Assembly (NCBI GenBank): GCA_051294905.1
Contig: CM119372.1
Coordinates: 25,174,001 to 25,238,000, forward strand
Direction of reading: 5' to 3'
From: Botryllus schlosseri
Taxonomy: Eukaryota
Length of the DNA stretch: 64,000 bases
Shown here: positions 25,074 to 37,819 of the stretch, in pieces
How the letters are laid out: every line of letters starts with the position of its first letter
Position numbering within the stretch: the stretch's first letter is position 1
Translations under genes and position numbers: made by a program
Notes under the pieces: model-generated
What the model was told of the DNA's origin: nothing
Seen by the model: only the letters and a program-made list of their open reading frames with translations
Databases searched by the model: none

Positions 25074-25471
25074 CAGTGGTTCCCAATCTTTTTCTACTCA
25101 TCGCCCCCTTATCAGACTCGACACAAATTTTCGCACCCAATATTTACGGATCCGAAAAACACGACATATGAACGGGAAATCTGGTCACCTAATTCTGATC
25201 CCTGGTGAATTGAATTTAAAAAAGGAAGCTTTTCCGAGTAGGTGCTCGGAAAACCGGTTGCCGCGTTTATACTTTCCGTTGAGTTGACCTTTTTTCGCGT
25301 GATATCCAGAATAAGCCGTCTTAACGTGCATTTTTGGCCGTGTTTATTAAATATATCTCATCAAAATTTTCACCCCCTATACCGCCCTCCGATCGCTCTC
25401 TTTGGTATTTTCGCCCCTTGTTTCTCAAAATCGCCCACTGGGTGCGATATCGCCCACGTTGGGAACCACTG
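25074..25471. mobile_element. Buster-type hAT MITE (TCGCCC arrays)
   Basis: CAGTGGTTCCCAA / TTGGGAACCACTG; TSD GAATAAAC/AAATAATC (6/8); same family as 12496-12908 and the right end at about 43340-43462. Confidence 0.85.
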
Positions 25472-26035
25472 AAATAATCGGTCATCGTCATGATATTTCT
25501 AAACGCAACAGATCGAAGCCTGTCGAGGAGCACTTTTCTTCAGCAGGACATTCGGACAATGGTATGATTCAACGTGTTGACTGGGAACATGAAGTACTCA
25601 ACCCTGAACAAAAATACATCGACCGATTAAATACGTTCCATCAAGCGCTTAATATAGATAGAGGGTGCATGTCACAATACCACACCATGCGTAGCTGCAG
25701 CTGATAAATTCTATGCATATGCATTTAATCATTACATGCAAATACTCTATCAAATCTCATTTTCAGTGCCACAACTTACTGTAGTCGTTTCAAATTCCAA
25801 CTTCGATTTTACTTTCTATGACGTCATAACGGTATATATTTTTTCGAACCTGAAAGTTCTCTTCTCTATCATGCAGCATATGTTTGAATTTGACATCTTT
25901 TTGCTTTATTTTCTCTTTAGCACCTGATGAAAGAGCGTGTAGCGCCGAATGCTCGTGTGATAATTAAAATTATTACTTAGCAAGTGATCGTTAAATAAGG
26001 CGTGAAAGCAGCCAAAATCTTAATACTGTCCAAAT

Positions 26036-26764
26036 CAGGGCTGGCCAACCTTTTCAACCAAAGGGCCACATTCGATTGACGAACTTTTGCGCGGGCCACT
26101 ATCCGCGCGAAGCGCGAACATTTTTTGAGGTTCATAGGTCAATAATATTGTCACTTGACTATATTGCGGGCCTGCCGTATATCGTTGGGATAAGTTTGCG
26201 AGGGCTGGGCTATTCGGCGCATGGGCATATCGATATCGAAAGCTGCGACCAACATGCGTCAATCATTTCGTGCCTAGGTTTCATAGTCGACGGTCTTACT
26301 GCGAGCGCAAACGCAAGGTCGCATATGTTGAACGACACTTTGTCTCGTAATCGCGAATATAGTTAGACTCAATCTGATACATTGGGTGTTCTTCAATTTT
26401 CACAAAAGGGCAACAATTTTAAAAACAAGAAATCGAGTGGCAACATATTGCGCTAAGCTTGTAGAAATCTTTTACCTTTGATAAATCTATCGCAAATTAT
26501 TCTGCTTTATTGTAGTGTACGAAGATATAGGCTACCAATATGTGAATGGTTGATGGATCTGTCGATGAGTCGTAACTGATATTTTATTCATCACATCTCA
26601 AGTGTTGCGGCCAGACTAATAACATTTTTGGTTGGCCTTGCAAGTTCACAATCTGTGCAATCCATTTTTGATGATATTAGAAATTTCGGAAGTTACCTCG
26701 CGGGCCACTCAAAACCTTCTCGCGGGCCACATGTGGCCCGCGGGCCACGGGTTGGCCGGCCCTG
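26036..26764. mobile_element. hAT MITE (GCGGGCC sub-terminal motifs)
   Basis: CAGGGCTGGCCAACC / GGTTGGCCGGCCCTG; TSD GTCCAAAT/GTCTAAAT. Confidence 0.87.
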
Positions 26765-28170
26765 GTCTAAATCGTCTACTATCGGTTCGACGAATGATTT
26801 AACATTTGTTTGTAATTCGTCTTGTGAGCTCATAGGTATTCACGTCCGGCCGTTCGTATTCACAGACATCCTTATATAAAAGTGCATATTCACACGAACC
26901 AGAACCTTTCAGGGAGTCGCTCTATTCCTATAGTAAATACGCCACTCGGCATCAAGTCATCAAAGTAATCCATTTAAACCAGCCGTAACGCAGATGAGAA
27001 TATACGTTTGGGAAACAGTCATGTTGCACATCGCGCGATCTATTTGCGCTATTATCGTGATCGCGTGACATGCAGATGCTTAGAATTGTACAAAACATTT
27101 GAATCCACTGTTGGTAGCAGCCAAAATATTTGTATGGAACTGTCCTGCCATAAAGAAATTGTATATACTCGCTTGTTCTTTATGATGCAATGTGACAACT
27201 GTTATTCGAGAAGAGACTATACACGTCATTAGAGTCAATTTAGCCAAGAAAAGGGATTGAGTCAATAAATGGGAAATATATATGATAGTTAAATAATGCT
27301 ACCACTACTTTGGAACTGACGCCTATATTTCATTGATCGTTTTAAGCCGATATCATGTCATCCGTGATGGTTAACGCGTCAAATATCCATTGAAGCATAA
27401 CCGCATAAACAGTTCAAAGGGGATGAATAAGCGGGGTAAACAAAGTTCACGGTCGGGTATCGCGTAAATATTTGTTGCAAAATCGTAGATGGCAGCATTC
27501 CATGGCGTTGAGTTATAATTTAGATCACACATTTATGTAATGCAAAAACGAATACCTACATATTCGTTGGTGTATTAAAATTTACAAAATGGCGGGATAC
27601 ACCGAGCTTATAGTGGTATGGTAACTCCCTCAACTTATTCCTTTCTAGGAAACTGACACAGCATTAGTGACTGCTTTGTAATGAGACGACTTTCGGTGGT
27701 GAATAATATTGCTAAATCAATCAATACATATTTATCGTGTATCTGAATATGTTTTCGATACATACAATACGCAATACTGCTGGTTTTCACCCAGAATTAG
27801 AATGATGAACAGAGTCCCAAATTTAACTTTTGCATCGAGGGATTCTGTCACGTTTCCTGGATAGGTTCTGAGTTTGATCTCTTCTAAGTGCTATTCTCAA
27901 AATTTTTCATCTGGTGTGGAATATAATGTAGGCCTGACATGTGCATAACAATCCGTGCTTTCTGTGGATTCTCCCTAGCGAAGGAGAAATTGAATATCAA
28001 AGATTTGCCAGATATATCCCTCAAGCAGTTATTGCTTATTTGAGAACGGAGTATTGCAAGCCATTACACATTACGCAAACATCTATTGATGCGCAAGGTG
28101 TATAGTGTGATAATATATAGCTATATAATTAAAATAGGTGTATTACTTATTGTATACTTTCCATGTATAG

Positions 28171-29287
28171 CAGGGGTCGGGAACCTTTTTCGACTGAAGA
28201 GCCATATTGACTCAATATTTTCAATTGTAACTCCCAAAGAGCCATACATGTCAATGAACTGTTACGTCACAATTGAAATTCGTGACATATTGGTAGCACT
28301 AATATATGGGATTCGTAGTGTGTGCCATATGTGTCTGCCCACATGCGTAGGTGGGGCCAACCACGGTCACTACAGCAGTACATACCAACTGCAGGGTGGT
28401 GATACGTCAGTGACATTGGGTTAGGGGAGGCAAGTAAGGCAGTGCCTCACATGTCGTCAGGGATCAGTGAGGGAAAGTTGTGAAACCTTCAATGATTATA
28501 TCGATGTATATGAATGATTAGATTTTATACATCGCTATTCCCAAAATCACGGAATTGTCATATTCATTGTTCGAAAATGTAGCGCGAAATGGGAGTTAAG
28601 GCACAGACGGGCCAAGTCTAACCTGTGACAGCGCAACTCATCGTAAATACCTAGAATTTATCATTACTGATGTTATGCAATTGAAATTGTCGCGTTGGTT
28701 CCGAAAATCTAAATATGGATCGGGTTCTCAAGTATTCGGCTTAACATAACGCTACATGCCTACTTACGGCGGTTCTAGAAAGCTACTTACGTTACCAATC
28801 AAGAACTTGGATAGCTATAGCGTTGTTTTTAATTTGAATTTGTAATTGTTAATGTCACTTCCAAGGAAGTTTATCTATCGGCATAGATCAGGAAGACAAT
28901 GTGTATATGAAAACTGCATTGTCGTACAGGCGTCCCATGTCAAGGTATCAATAAAGATATCGTGCAATCAAAGATTTCGAGTCGCGCGATGGCGGGTAGA
29001 TCGAATTTGTCAGTTGTGCCAGGCGCCGGTGCGACGTCAAATTAAATTTGACGATTTTTAAAAGGGGAGGGGTACAAACCCCTAACACTGGTTACCCCTC
29101 TGTCTTGACATCTCAAACACACGTTTATGCTGCCACGAGAATAATTATTCGGGCCATCATGAAAATATACTTACAAGTTGCAGCAATATTGATAAATTAA
29201 GCACAAAATTAAAAATTTGTCAAAGAGCCATATCTTATACCCAAAAGTGCCATATATGGCTCGCGAGCCATAGGTTCCCGACCACTG
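28171..29287. mobile_element. hAT non-autonomous element (GAGCCA motifs)
   Basis: CAGGGGTCGGGAACCT / AGGTTCCCGACCACTG; perfect TSD ATGTATAG. Confidence 0.88.
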
Positions 29288-31326
29288 ATGTATAGGGACG
29301 ATGGACGACAACGCTAATGGGATTGTCAAAACGTTGACCTATTTCTAAATCACGCCGTGGCAGTATACTTATACCAGGTAAAATGAATTATTGATACAAA
29401 GTTGACATTATATATTTGTTGAATGTATTTGTACTAACATTTACGTATGCGAATTCTTTATATACAAGTTCTTATGCAATAATTGTTTGATGTAATCCCG
29501 GACGACGAATAAGCATTTAATACGGACGCACTATTTCACAGTATCATTTTATGATTTAGTATCGTGCGAAGGGTCACGTCGGTGGAAATTCCAGAAACTA
29601 TGTACTGTTGGAGTTGTGTGGGTGTAATATATGCTGTATGCTTCGAAATAACGTACCGTGGATGAACCTTGACGTGTGTACGAACGCGCAAAGGGGATAT
29701 CTGGTGAACGCTTCTCAATTGCCAAATAGCCGATACCAAACCTGATTCACGCCGGCATTCAATTGCATTCGCAGATTGTGAGCTGCCGTACTGAACTTCA
29801 GACTATCCTTTACCATACAGAATATATTAACTTGAATTAACGATTATATATTTCATCTGCTGTGGGAATTCATAGCGAAAACAAAAATAAAGTACGAAAT
29901 CTATATGTTTTGAAAATAAAATTAGCCCAATTTCCTGTCCCACAGCTCTTATACAGTTGGGACACACCATCAATTCATAATTTTTGCAACTTAATTCTTT
30001 ATTTTGAATAATCTTTACCTCTGCAAACCTCGCGCAATTTAGTAACCTGACCTCTTTATGTATAGCATCGGAATAACATCTTGACTCTACGATACTGAAC
30101 TTCTGAATGTTTAATTCAATCTCGTCATTTTGCTTATAGGCAGAGGTTGCTTCCCGGATTATGTGTGTATTTACCAGTTTTACTGTGAATAAAGAAAATA
30201 ATAAACAATATAATACTAATATTTGGATTCTTCATTTTCAATTATCTCTGCCTCTAAATCCCTTGCCACTTCTTCATATACCGTGATTATGTAATCTAAC
30301 CTGTTATTCATGTATTGCATAGGAATAACAATCTGGTTTGCTGACTACAATGTTAAAAATTGACTTCAATCTCGACATTTTCCTTGGGGGGAAGGGGGTT
30401 CAGGTTGCTCCCGGATTGTGTGTGTATTTACCATTTTGTCGTCAATAAAGAAAATATTTAGAATATTTGCATTAGCTCGTATGCACATGCTGTATCATAA
30501 CCTATTTAGCACCGGTACTCCTTGTGCTGTCATGAAATGTCTCTCGTACCCCCTATCCAGGATCGAAACAGCACCTTGTCAAGCCGGCCTTGGACTCCGC
30601 GGGGTTTTCAACACAACTATGGTGGATCTATTGGACAGGATATATTAATATTGAAGATTTCGCCGTCGCTGTGTTTGTACGGTTCAAACGTACGGTCCAA
30701 TGTAGTTTACTTGGTCGTGTGTGCCCGAAGCGTCATAGGTGCGTTCTGGGGCGGAAGTTACGGTCATCGCCGAAATGCCAGAGTGTGATCGTTCCGCACC
30801 AGCAGGTTTCACACTCCTGGACTAAAGCACCCTAACAGCCTCTAGTAACGATTCTATCATAACTGCGAAAAAGACTATGGACTCATTTCTGTAACTTATG
30901 TTTATTTTTAATTTTTATTATACTACTATTATTCTAACCTACAAGACGTGTGACGGTGACGGAAACTATTATTTATCAATTAAACTCATTTATAATGCCT
31001 ACTCGCCTGGTTCGATAATATCATTTCTTTCCCTTATGTTTTATTAGTAATTCATAAATGATAGGCCCATATATTCAACCCTCTACAGCATGGATGTTCT
31101 TGTTCAACCTTTTTGCTATTTACGGCCGCATTTCGATTACACATATAGCGTACGGCTGTATTCCAGTGCACAGTCGTAATGGATTCCAAAATATGGTAAC
31201 TCTAGGCTAATGCCATAATGTGAGGATGAACTGAAGAGAATGCTCGTAACCAGGAGAACCGAGCTTTCCCAGTTGACTGGGCTGAGAAATGTTTCCGACC
31301 TGGAACGGTTTTGCGTTGATAATAAG

Positions 31327-31854
31327 TAGGGCTGGGCAAAATCGAGTACCTGAGTGATTCGATTCTGAATCACGTAAAATGCTTCGAGTCGAGTCGAGTA
31401 ATCGAGTATCACTCATTATGACGTCATAGCAGAATATTATTTGTCAAAGTTCAAATATATACCTTTTAAGCGACCACAAAGAATATAATGCCTGTTATCC
31501 ATCATATTAAGGATACTTTGGTATTTTTTCGACCATACCGATTTCATTGCACTTGGTGACAATATTGTGGGATGATCATGACTTCGGAAATATGCTATTT
31601 CCAGTAACGTTCGTAGCTTTGTACTTCATGTTTCGTATGCTACGATACGGCCAATCAAGGTTTCAAGGCTTCAACAGTGAAATTAGTATAAACTCGTTGA
31701 TCGTTGATAAACTCCTCGTTGATAAATCAACTTTCAGGGGCGAGGTGCGTATAATTTCAGTACTCGAAAAAATCGTCTTTTACTACTCGACTCGAATCAT
31801 TAAAATTAATACTCGATTCAGATTCGAGTACTCGAATCATTGTGCCCAGCCCTA
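31327..31854. mobile_element. hAT-type MITE with ACTCGA/TCGAGT arrays
   Basis: TAGGGCTGGGCA / TGCCCAGCCCTA; perfect TSD ATAATAAG. Confidence 0.9.
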
Positions 31855-32980
31855 ATAATAAGCAGCGAAAACTCTTCAAATGGAAGAAGCATTACAAAAC
31901 CCATTTTACAAGATGCGAGTGGTGTAACCACCACGGTTGCACCTCGTTTTGATAAACTCCTGAAAAGCAGAAATCTCTATCGCGGATTACGTCTAATTGT
32001 GTAGATGAATAGGTGCACAATTTCGCATTTCCTAGTAAGGCTCCTTTCAATTACAGCTTCGGCACATCTGTTCGGCAGACAAGGCCTATATTTCAATAAA
32101 CATGCAACTGTGTGAATAATAGGGCAAACTCGGTGTTACAGAAGTGTTGCCTTGATTTTGCTGTTATTAATTATAGCTTAATTATAATAATAACACCTAA
32201 TGTGAATGGTTGCATGAATCAAGCAGCGTATTTTTTGAACGTTTTGATTGCCAGTGCAAAACTTTACCAATAAACGACTTCAACTGAATTCGTCAAAAAG
32301 GCGAGACATGAACATTACACAGTCTGGTCTATTCTGGTACGGTCAATCAACAAAGTCACCAGGACAAACGTTTGCGTTACCTCGCAGAACAAACAAGCAC
32401 ACCTGAGGATAAAAACACCGCTAACGTGATAACTGATGGCGAGAGATGGGTAGTAGGTCAAACAAGTTTTTATAGTTGGATGTTGCCGGTATTTCCTTAT
32501 GACCACCTTATTTGTAAAGGCGGTGTATATAAAAACCCCGTATTCGTGCTACAAATTTACATATAAATCACTTTTCAGATTTCGCGCAAGTTCAACCATT
32601 GTAAAACCTTATTTCTGCATAGGCCTATTATACTCTTCTATTGTCATCCCCAAACATTTTTCGAACGTTATCACTGAAGGCAAATGGCCTCTCAGGTTAT
32701 GACAGCGCAAAATACCAAACGCCAGCTAAAATGACCGCTTAATAGGAAATTTGCTTTTAATTTTCCCAATGCTTGTTAAAATCAATGCTTGACTGATCCT
32801 TTTCGCTCGTGGTAATGGTATCTAGCTTTGTCCAAAATTATATACTTCTGTGTCCCATGTTCTAGTCAAAAGTTCAAGTCGGAACGAATGCAAGTGCAGA
32901 AAGCGGGCTTGGAAAAAGGCGTGTAAGTTTTGATTAGCAGAATGAGCAGAAAATTGTACCTCATGAAAGCACACATAAAA

Positions 32981-32991
32981 ACACGCACACA

Positions 32992-33027
<36 letters not shown>
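32981..33027. repeat. (CA)n microsatellite
   Basis: Direct reading. Confidence 0.9.
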
Positions 33028-33029
<2 letters not shown>

Positions 33030-33764
33030 GCCAATTCGCACACGTACGAGACGTAGTGCTATTAATTGAGGTTTTCACTGAAATACACAGCAGTATCTCG
33101 GTTACAATGCCCGGATTCGTTGATTTGATTAGAATTAACGCAATGTAATGTTATACACATCAGTGACAAATACGTGAAAACGCAATAATTTGTAATGTAT
33201 TAGCAGAAATATATGCACTATCCAATACAAACTCTTCTCTTGATTTGAATTTAATTCATTCTGCATGTATTTTCTAAAATGTCTTATACATAAGGTTGGC
33301 ACGAAGATACCACAGTATTGAAAACGTCCACAGTGTCAACACGTCCTTGAGTATAGCTTAAATTGACAGCAGGTCGGGTGGGAATGAGTTGAAGTAAGAA
33401 CGTTAGCAATAATTTAGCGAGGCGTGGATATTCCATGTGAGGTCTCCTTCTTATGAGCATTCACTGAAGATGATGTACGATTGAAATTCAATATGCCATA
33501 ATTCTTATGGAAAGTAAATCCGTGGCGCAATTCTATCAATTATTATCGAATTCGGAGAACTGAGGGGGATTGAACGGTTACTTCAATATTATCATATATA
33601 ACACACACGCCCCCGGGGAGTTATCAGCTCGATAGAGCGGGAGTCAGAAATGAGGTTCTCGCCCATAATGTAAATATTAGGCTGAACTTACATAATGTCC
33701 TCACAGAGTCAGCAGAAATTTAATATAAATCATCAGAATGCAAGTATCATTGAAGCATCGTGAT

Positions 33765-33995
33765 CAATGATGGGTTAGAGTCCGGCCGAGGTCGACTCCA
33801 GAATTTCTACTTCAATGCTTGGTGTTTATCTAGGCTCCTTCTCGCCATCTCATCCGTGCAAGCGGCTTCTTATAGAAGCCTAGGAGTGGGCCGTCCTACA
33901 AGTCGGCAGCTGCGGAATAAAAATGGAGAAAATTGGCCTGGTGTAAATGACCGTAGTAGTCGAAAATCACCATGAATACCATAAACAACAACAAG
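33765..33995 (+). mobile_element. tRNA-derived SINE, partial copy
   Basis: Degenerate B box GGTTAGAGTCC, core CCGAGGTCGACTCC, 3' GGCCTGGTGTAAA and (CAA)n tail; collinear with the 35592 and 40818 copies. Confidence 0.8.
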
Positions 33996-34144
33996 TATCG
34001 TGATTGTAAATTATTGTTTCCCAATTATTGAAAATCGCAGCAGAATCGGTTGACACAGTATTCGACACATGTCTTGTCTATATAGTGCATATCAAACAAA
34101 AAATTATCCGATGGGGAAGGGATAACGCCGTGTCATGTTCAAAG

Positions 34145-35088
34145 CAGTGTTGGGATGACTCGAGTCATGACTTGACTCGAGTCAGACTCGAGTCACTTTT
34201 TCGTATGACTTGACTTGACTCGAGTCACTTTGCAAAAATGACTTGACTTGACTTGACTCGGCGCTTCAAAAATGCGGATTGACTTGTGACTCGGAGCAAA
34301 ATTTACGAGTCAATTTCAAGTCATCTAGTAAACGGTCTCAATCAAATCAGTGTATTTTGTGCATATGTTCGTATTGTTAGCGATACGCCTGTGTCACTTG
34401 TGAGAGTAACCACTAACCGTAGGCATTCACTGAATGAACGTTCGAATGCTCCTCCATTATTGCATCACAAATATATTGACCACAAACGAAATGATCACAG
34501 GTTACGTTGTCGCAGTAGTAGTAGCAGAAGCAGAAGAAGAGGAATACAATAACAATTAACGTATCCATGTTTCTTAGCCGGCTCAGTGCTAACATTGCGC
34601 ATTGATCACCTTTACCAACCTTCTTATACGATTCAAATCCATATCAATTTGTTACAACTTCTCGAGGCATCGTATTCGATCCTATTTTTGACTGATATAA
34701 TAACAGACTGTAGCATAGGCTAGTCGCGTATTTCATTTGCGGTTCTACGTCTGCGTGATTAAACGCCTTCTTGCATGCATATTTAACTTTATATTAGTTA
34801 TTTGATGCAAGATAAGCAAATTATTCTGTCTTTCACACAGCCATAGCAAAATGTAATGACTTTGAATCGTCACTGATACTTTGAAAATTCAATTGACTTG
34901 AATTGTGACTTGACTCGTGACTCGACTCGACTTGACTTGACTTGACTCGAGTCACATCCAAAAAACGAGTGACTTGACTTGACTCGAGTCACCTTCGAAA
35001 ATCGATTGACTCGACTTGACTCGAGTCAAAATGTGCAATGACTCGAGATGACTCGTGACTCGAAGGTAGTGACTTGATCCCAACACTG
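34145..35088. mobile_element. hAT-type element with GACT(C/T) pentamer arrays
   Basis: TIR CAGTGTTGGGAT / ATCCCAACACTG; perfect TSD GTTCAAAG; dense GACTT/GACTC arrays at both ends. Confidence 0.92.
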
Positions 35089-35591
35089 GTTCAAAGTACT
35101 ACGACCAAGGTCGGCTATTTATACGGTCTTTACTTGTTGGTAGTTTAGCGACCACCACCACTCAGTTTCCGTACAGGCAGAGTATTAAAAACGAAGAACG
35201 AAAGTGAGTCGTACTACTACAAGGCTGTAAAATCAGATCCAGCAATCAACGATAACGAATGGGCCTGGTGTAAATGAACATAGCTGTCCAACAACATAAA
35301 ATCTCTAGCAACAGCAAATAACAACAGTTATACTCCCATCAGGAACGCCTTTACCTGTGGGAAATAAGCAGCAATGGCAATCTGCTATTGTTAGTGCAGC
35401 ACAAGTTCCAATTAAAGTTTTGAGTATTTGACAATATTTAGACACATGATGAAAGTATAGCACTGTTTCACTGCGACAACCAATGGGATTTCAACGTCGT
35501 TGGCACCTTCGCTACTGATAAGCAATAATCCACCACGAGCATGTACGAAATCAAGCAAACGCGCCACGCGTTGTTCATATGAGACCCAGCG

Positions 35592-35867
35592 TTTGTTTGT
35601 TTTGGGGTATTCATGGTGTTTGTCGACTACTGTGGTCTTTTACACCAGGCCGATATTCTTTGTATTTTCCGTAACTGCCGACTTATAGCACGGCCCACCT
35701 CTAAGCTTTTTGTAAGACACCGCTGACGCGAATGAGGTGGCGAGGAGGAGCCTAGGTAAACCTCCAACACTTAGATATCGGAATTCGGAAGTCGACCTCG
35801 GTCGGACTCGAACCCGCACCCATTGGTGTCGTACCCACGGATTATACCACTGCGCTATCTCGCCACG
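35592..35867 (-). mobile_element. Full-length tRNA-derived SINE
   Basis: Minus strand: A box TAGCGCAGTGG, B box GGTTCGAGTCC, tail AAAACAAACAAA; flanking direct repeat (AT)GAGACCCAGCG/(AT)GAGGCCCAGCG. Confidence 0.88.
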
Positions 35868-37597
35868 ATGAGGCCCAGCGAATCTAAATAAATCGAGATC
35901 CGTAATGGTTGTTAACCTTTTTATTGTCGGGCTCACCTCCCGTTTTGGAAACATTCCGTGGCCAACTCCGTAGAGCTCGAAATATGAAAAGAAAACGATC
36001 ACTGTGACGTAGCAGTGGCAATTAAACATAGATTAGATCTGCATACGCATATCGAATATCATTACTCTTGTTTTGGTGGTTTGCAGTTATTTTACTTATA
36101 TCCCATTAACATAAGGCTATTTAGTTGTCAAAATTACGCCACTGTGATAGAATTCCTTCTATATTTAGGATTCGCCACACGACAATTACTGACGTTTGCT
36201 CCTGATGAAAGCCAGCTCGAAGTATAATAAATTAGGCAATATGAATATTCAGAAATAATACCAATCGAAATGGCTAAATTATACCCTCGAGGGCTTCACC
36301 ACTTTCATCGCCCTTGATAAAACGTCGTAAAAAGCGCAGCAGTCAAGGAGTGAGCTGTACTTTAACCTTCAGGCAAAGACCAGATAACACGAAACCGTAA
36401 GAGCTTGAACAGTGGCAGTGAGATAGACTGGTATGACTGTAAAAAACATGAACAAGCACTGAAATCAATGTCTGGACCCACAAGGCTTAGATAAGCGATG
36501 GGAGTCACCGTTCTGTTGATACGTGGACATATGGGCAGGCGACACTTAAGCATGTGGATGCAGGGGCCACGTGATAATGAGCTAACACAAGTCTACGGCA
36601 ATAATTATGTTTAGCCTATTGAACACGTTAGGTGCGGATTTTATGTATTAAAACAAACTGACGTTGCGGTTCGTGATTGGAAACCCCATAATATCCCATT
36701 GAGTGCTGGGGTGTCGCGAACTACTTATCCCTTGATAGAGTGCCGCAAGATCAAAAGTGTTGAGAATCGCTATGCAAAAGTGTCGCATGCTCTACTGTCC
36801 GACAATCAATGATAATAATCCGCATAGGATGCGATAGTCAATGGCCCTGAGAGAAAACTTTATAAGTTTGGCGTCCGGCGTCAAATCTAGGCGGAAAATG
36901 ATTAATCCCTGGACTATGCCATTTTAAGACTTATATAACCAGTTTTATTTTGACTTATTTTTAATAATGATGATATTTTGTTTGCGTCAGAATAGTGTAC
37001 CGATTTAGATTTGAAGCAAAATAACAGTCCGATGAGAAAGTAATGACAGGTACAGCAAATCACACTCTTGGATGATGCGGCATGCTACTTAAAAAGTACG
37101 TTATGATTGCAGCTACAAAGTATGCTTCAAGATTGTTGACCAAGTTATGAAAGCCGAGCGCCTATCAGTGTGACTGCGTCTCTATATCAAACATAGCCTC
37201 GAAATATCTCTCGTCTGAGGTCGCCGGTGAAAAGTCAACAGTTTTTCACGGCCGGTGAGGCCTATGTATAAAAACGCGCAGTACTGTCGTGTGATTAGTT
37301 GTGATGCGGTGCGACTTTGACCGAATCTAAGTGTACTCATTGGCGACAGTCACTTTGTAAACGCAAAGTTTCACTGATTCCCATATCTCAATTGTGGTCG
37401 CTAAAGGTTAGATATTTGATTTCGGTAACCTGTCGTAAAGGTGGTTCGTTAGGATGGATTATAAAACACGAAATTAATTTCGGATGCCGAGAAAAAGACC
37501 AATCTATTTGCCTGCTGCGTTACTTGGTGGCGTCTTCATGTTTCATTGCGTTTTATTGACAGCCTTTATATCAATAGCATTCGACCTGTCGCTTAAA

Positions 37598-37819
37598 ATG
37601 ACCACTGATGTTATTCGGCACCAGCAGCCGGCTACTGAAAACGCAGCAGAGAGCTTGAAACACGAAAGATCGGCAAGCAAAACGACAGAAGACTCTGGAT
37701 TCTCCGATGAAGAAAGAATCTCATTACAATCCTCTGATTATGATGGACAGGAATACCATTTTGTTCAAGCCCTCAAAGTCCTCGGGGTGCACAAGCAAGA
37801 GAAGCCAAAAGTTCATTAC
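37598..37819 (+). CDS. PX-SH3 gene exon 1 (acidic N-terminus and start of PX)
   Basis: AAAATG start context; ends KVHY|GTAAGT. Confidence 0.75.

Noticed and set aside
30045..30470. Diverged direct repeat of about 250 bp
   Set aside because: A real but old local duplication, with no termini or coding signal to interpret.
32822..33148. CV/TH-repeat ORFs
   Set aside because: Translations of the (CA)n microsatellite.
34145..35088. GACTCGAGTC/GACTT arrays as a CRISPR-like or iteron array
   Set aside because: There is no constant repeat with unique spacers. The arrays lie between TIRs with an 8-bp TSD, so they are transposon sub-termini.
35790..35867. tRNA gene (also 40820-40895)
   Set aside because: A and B boxes are present, but there is no clean cloverleaf and the head continues into a shared repeat body and tail, so it is a SINE.
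36198..36232. CTGATGA..GAA hammerhead-like motif
   Set aside because: No GAAA, stem III or closing stem I can be identified.
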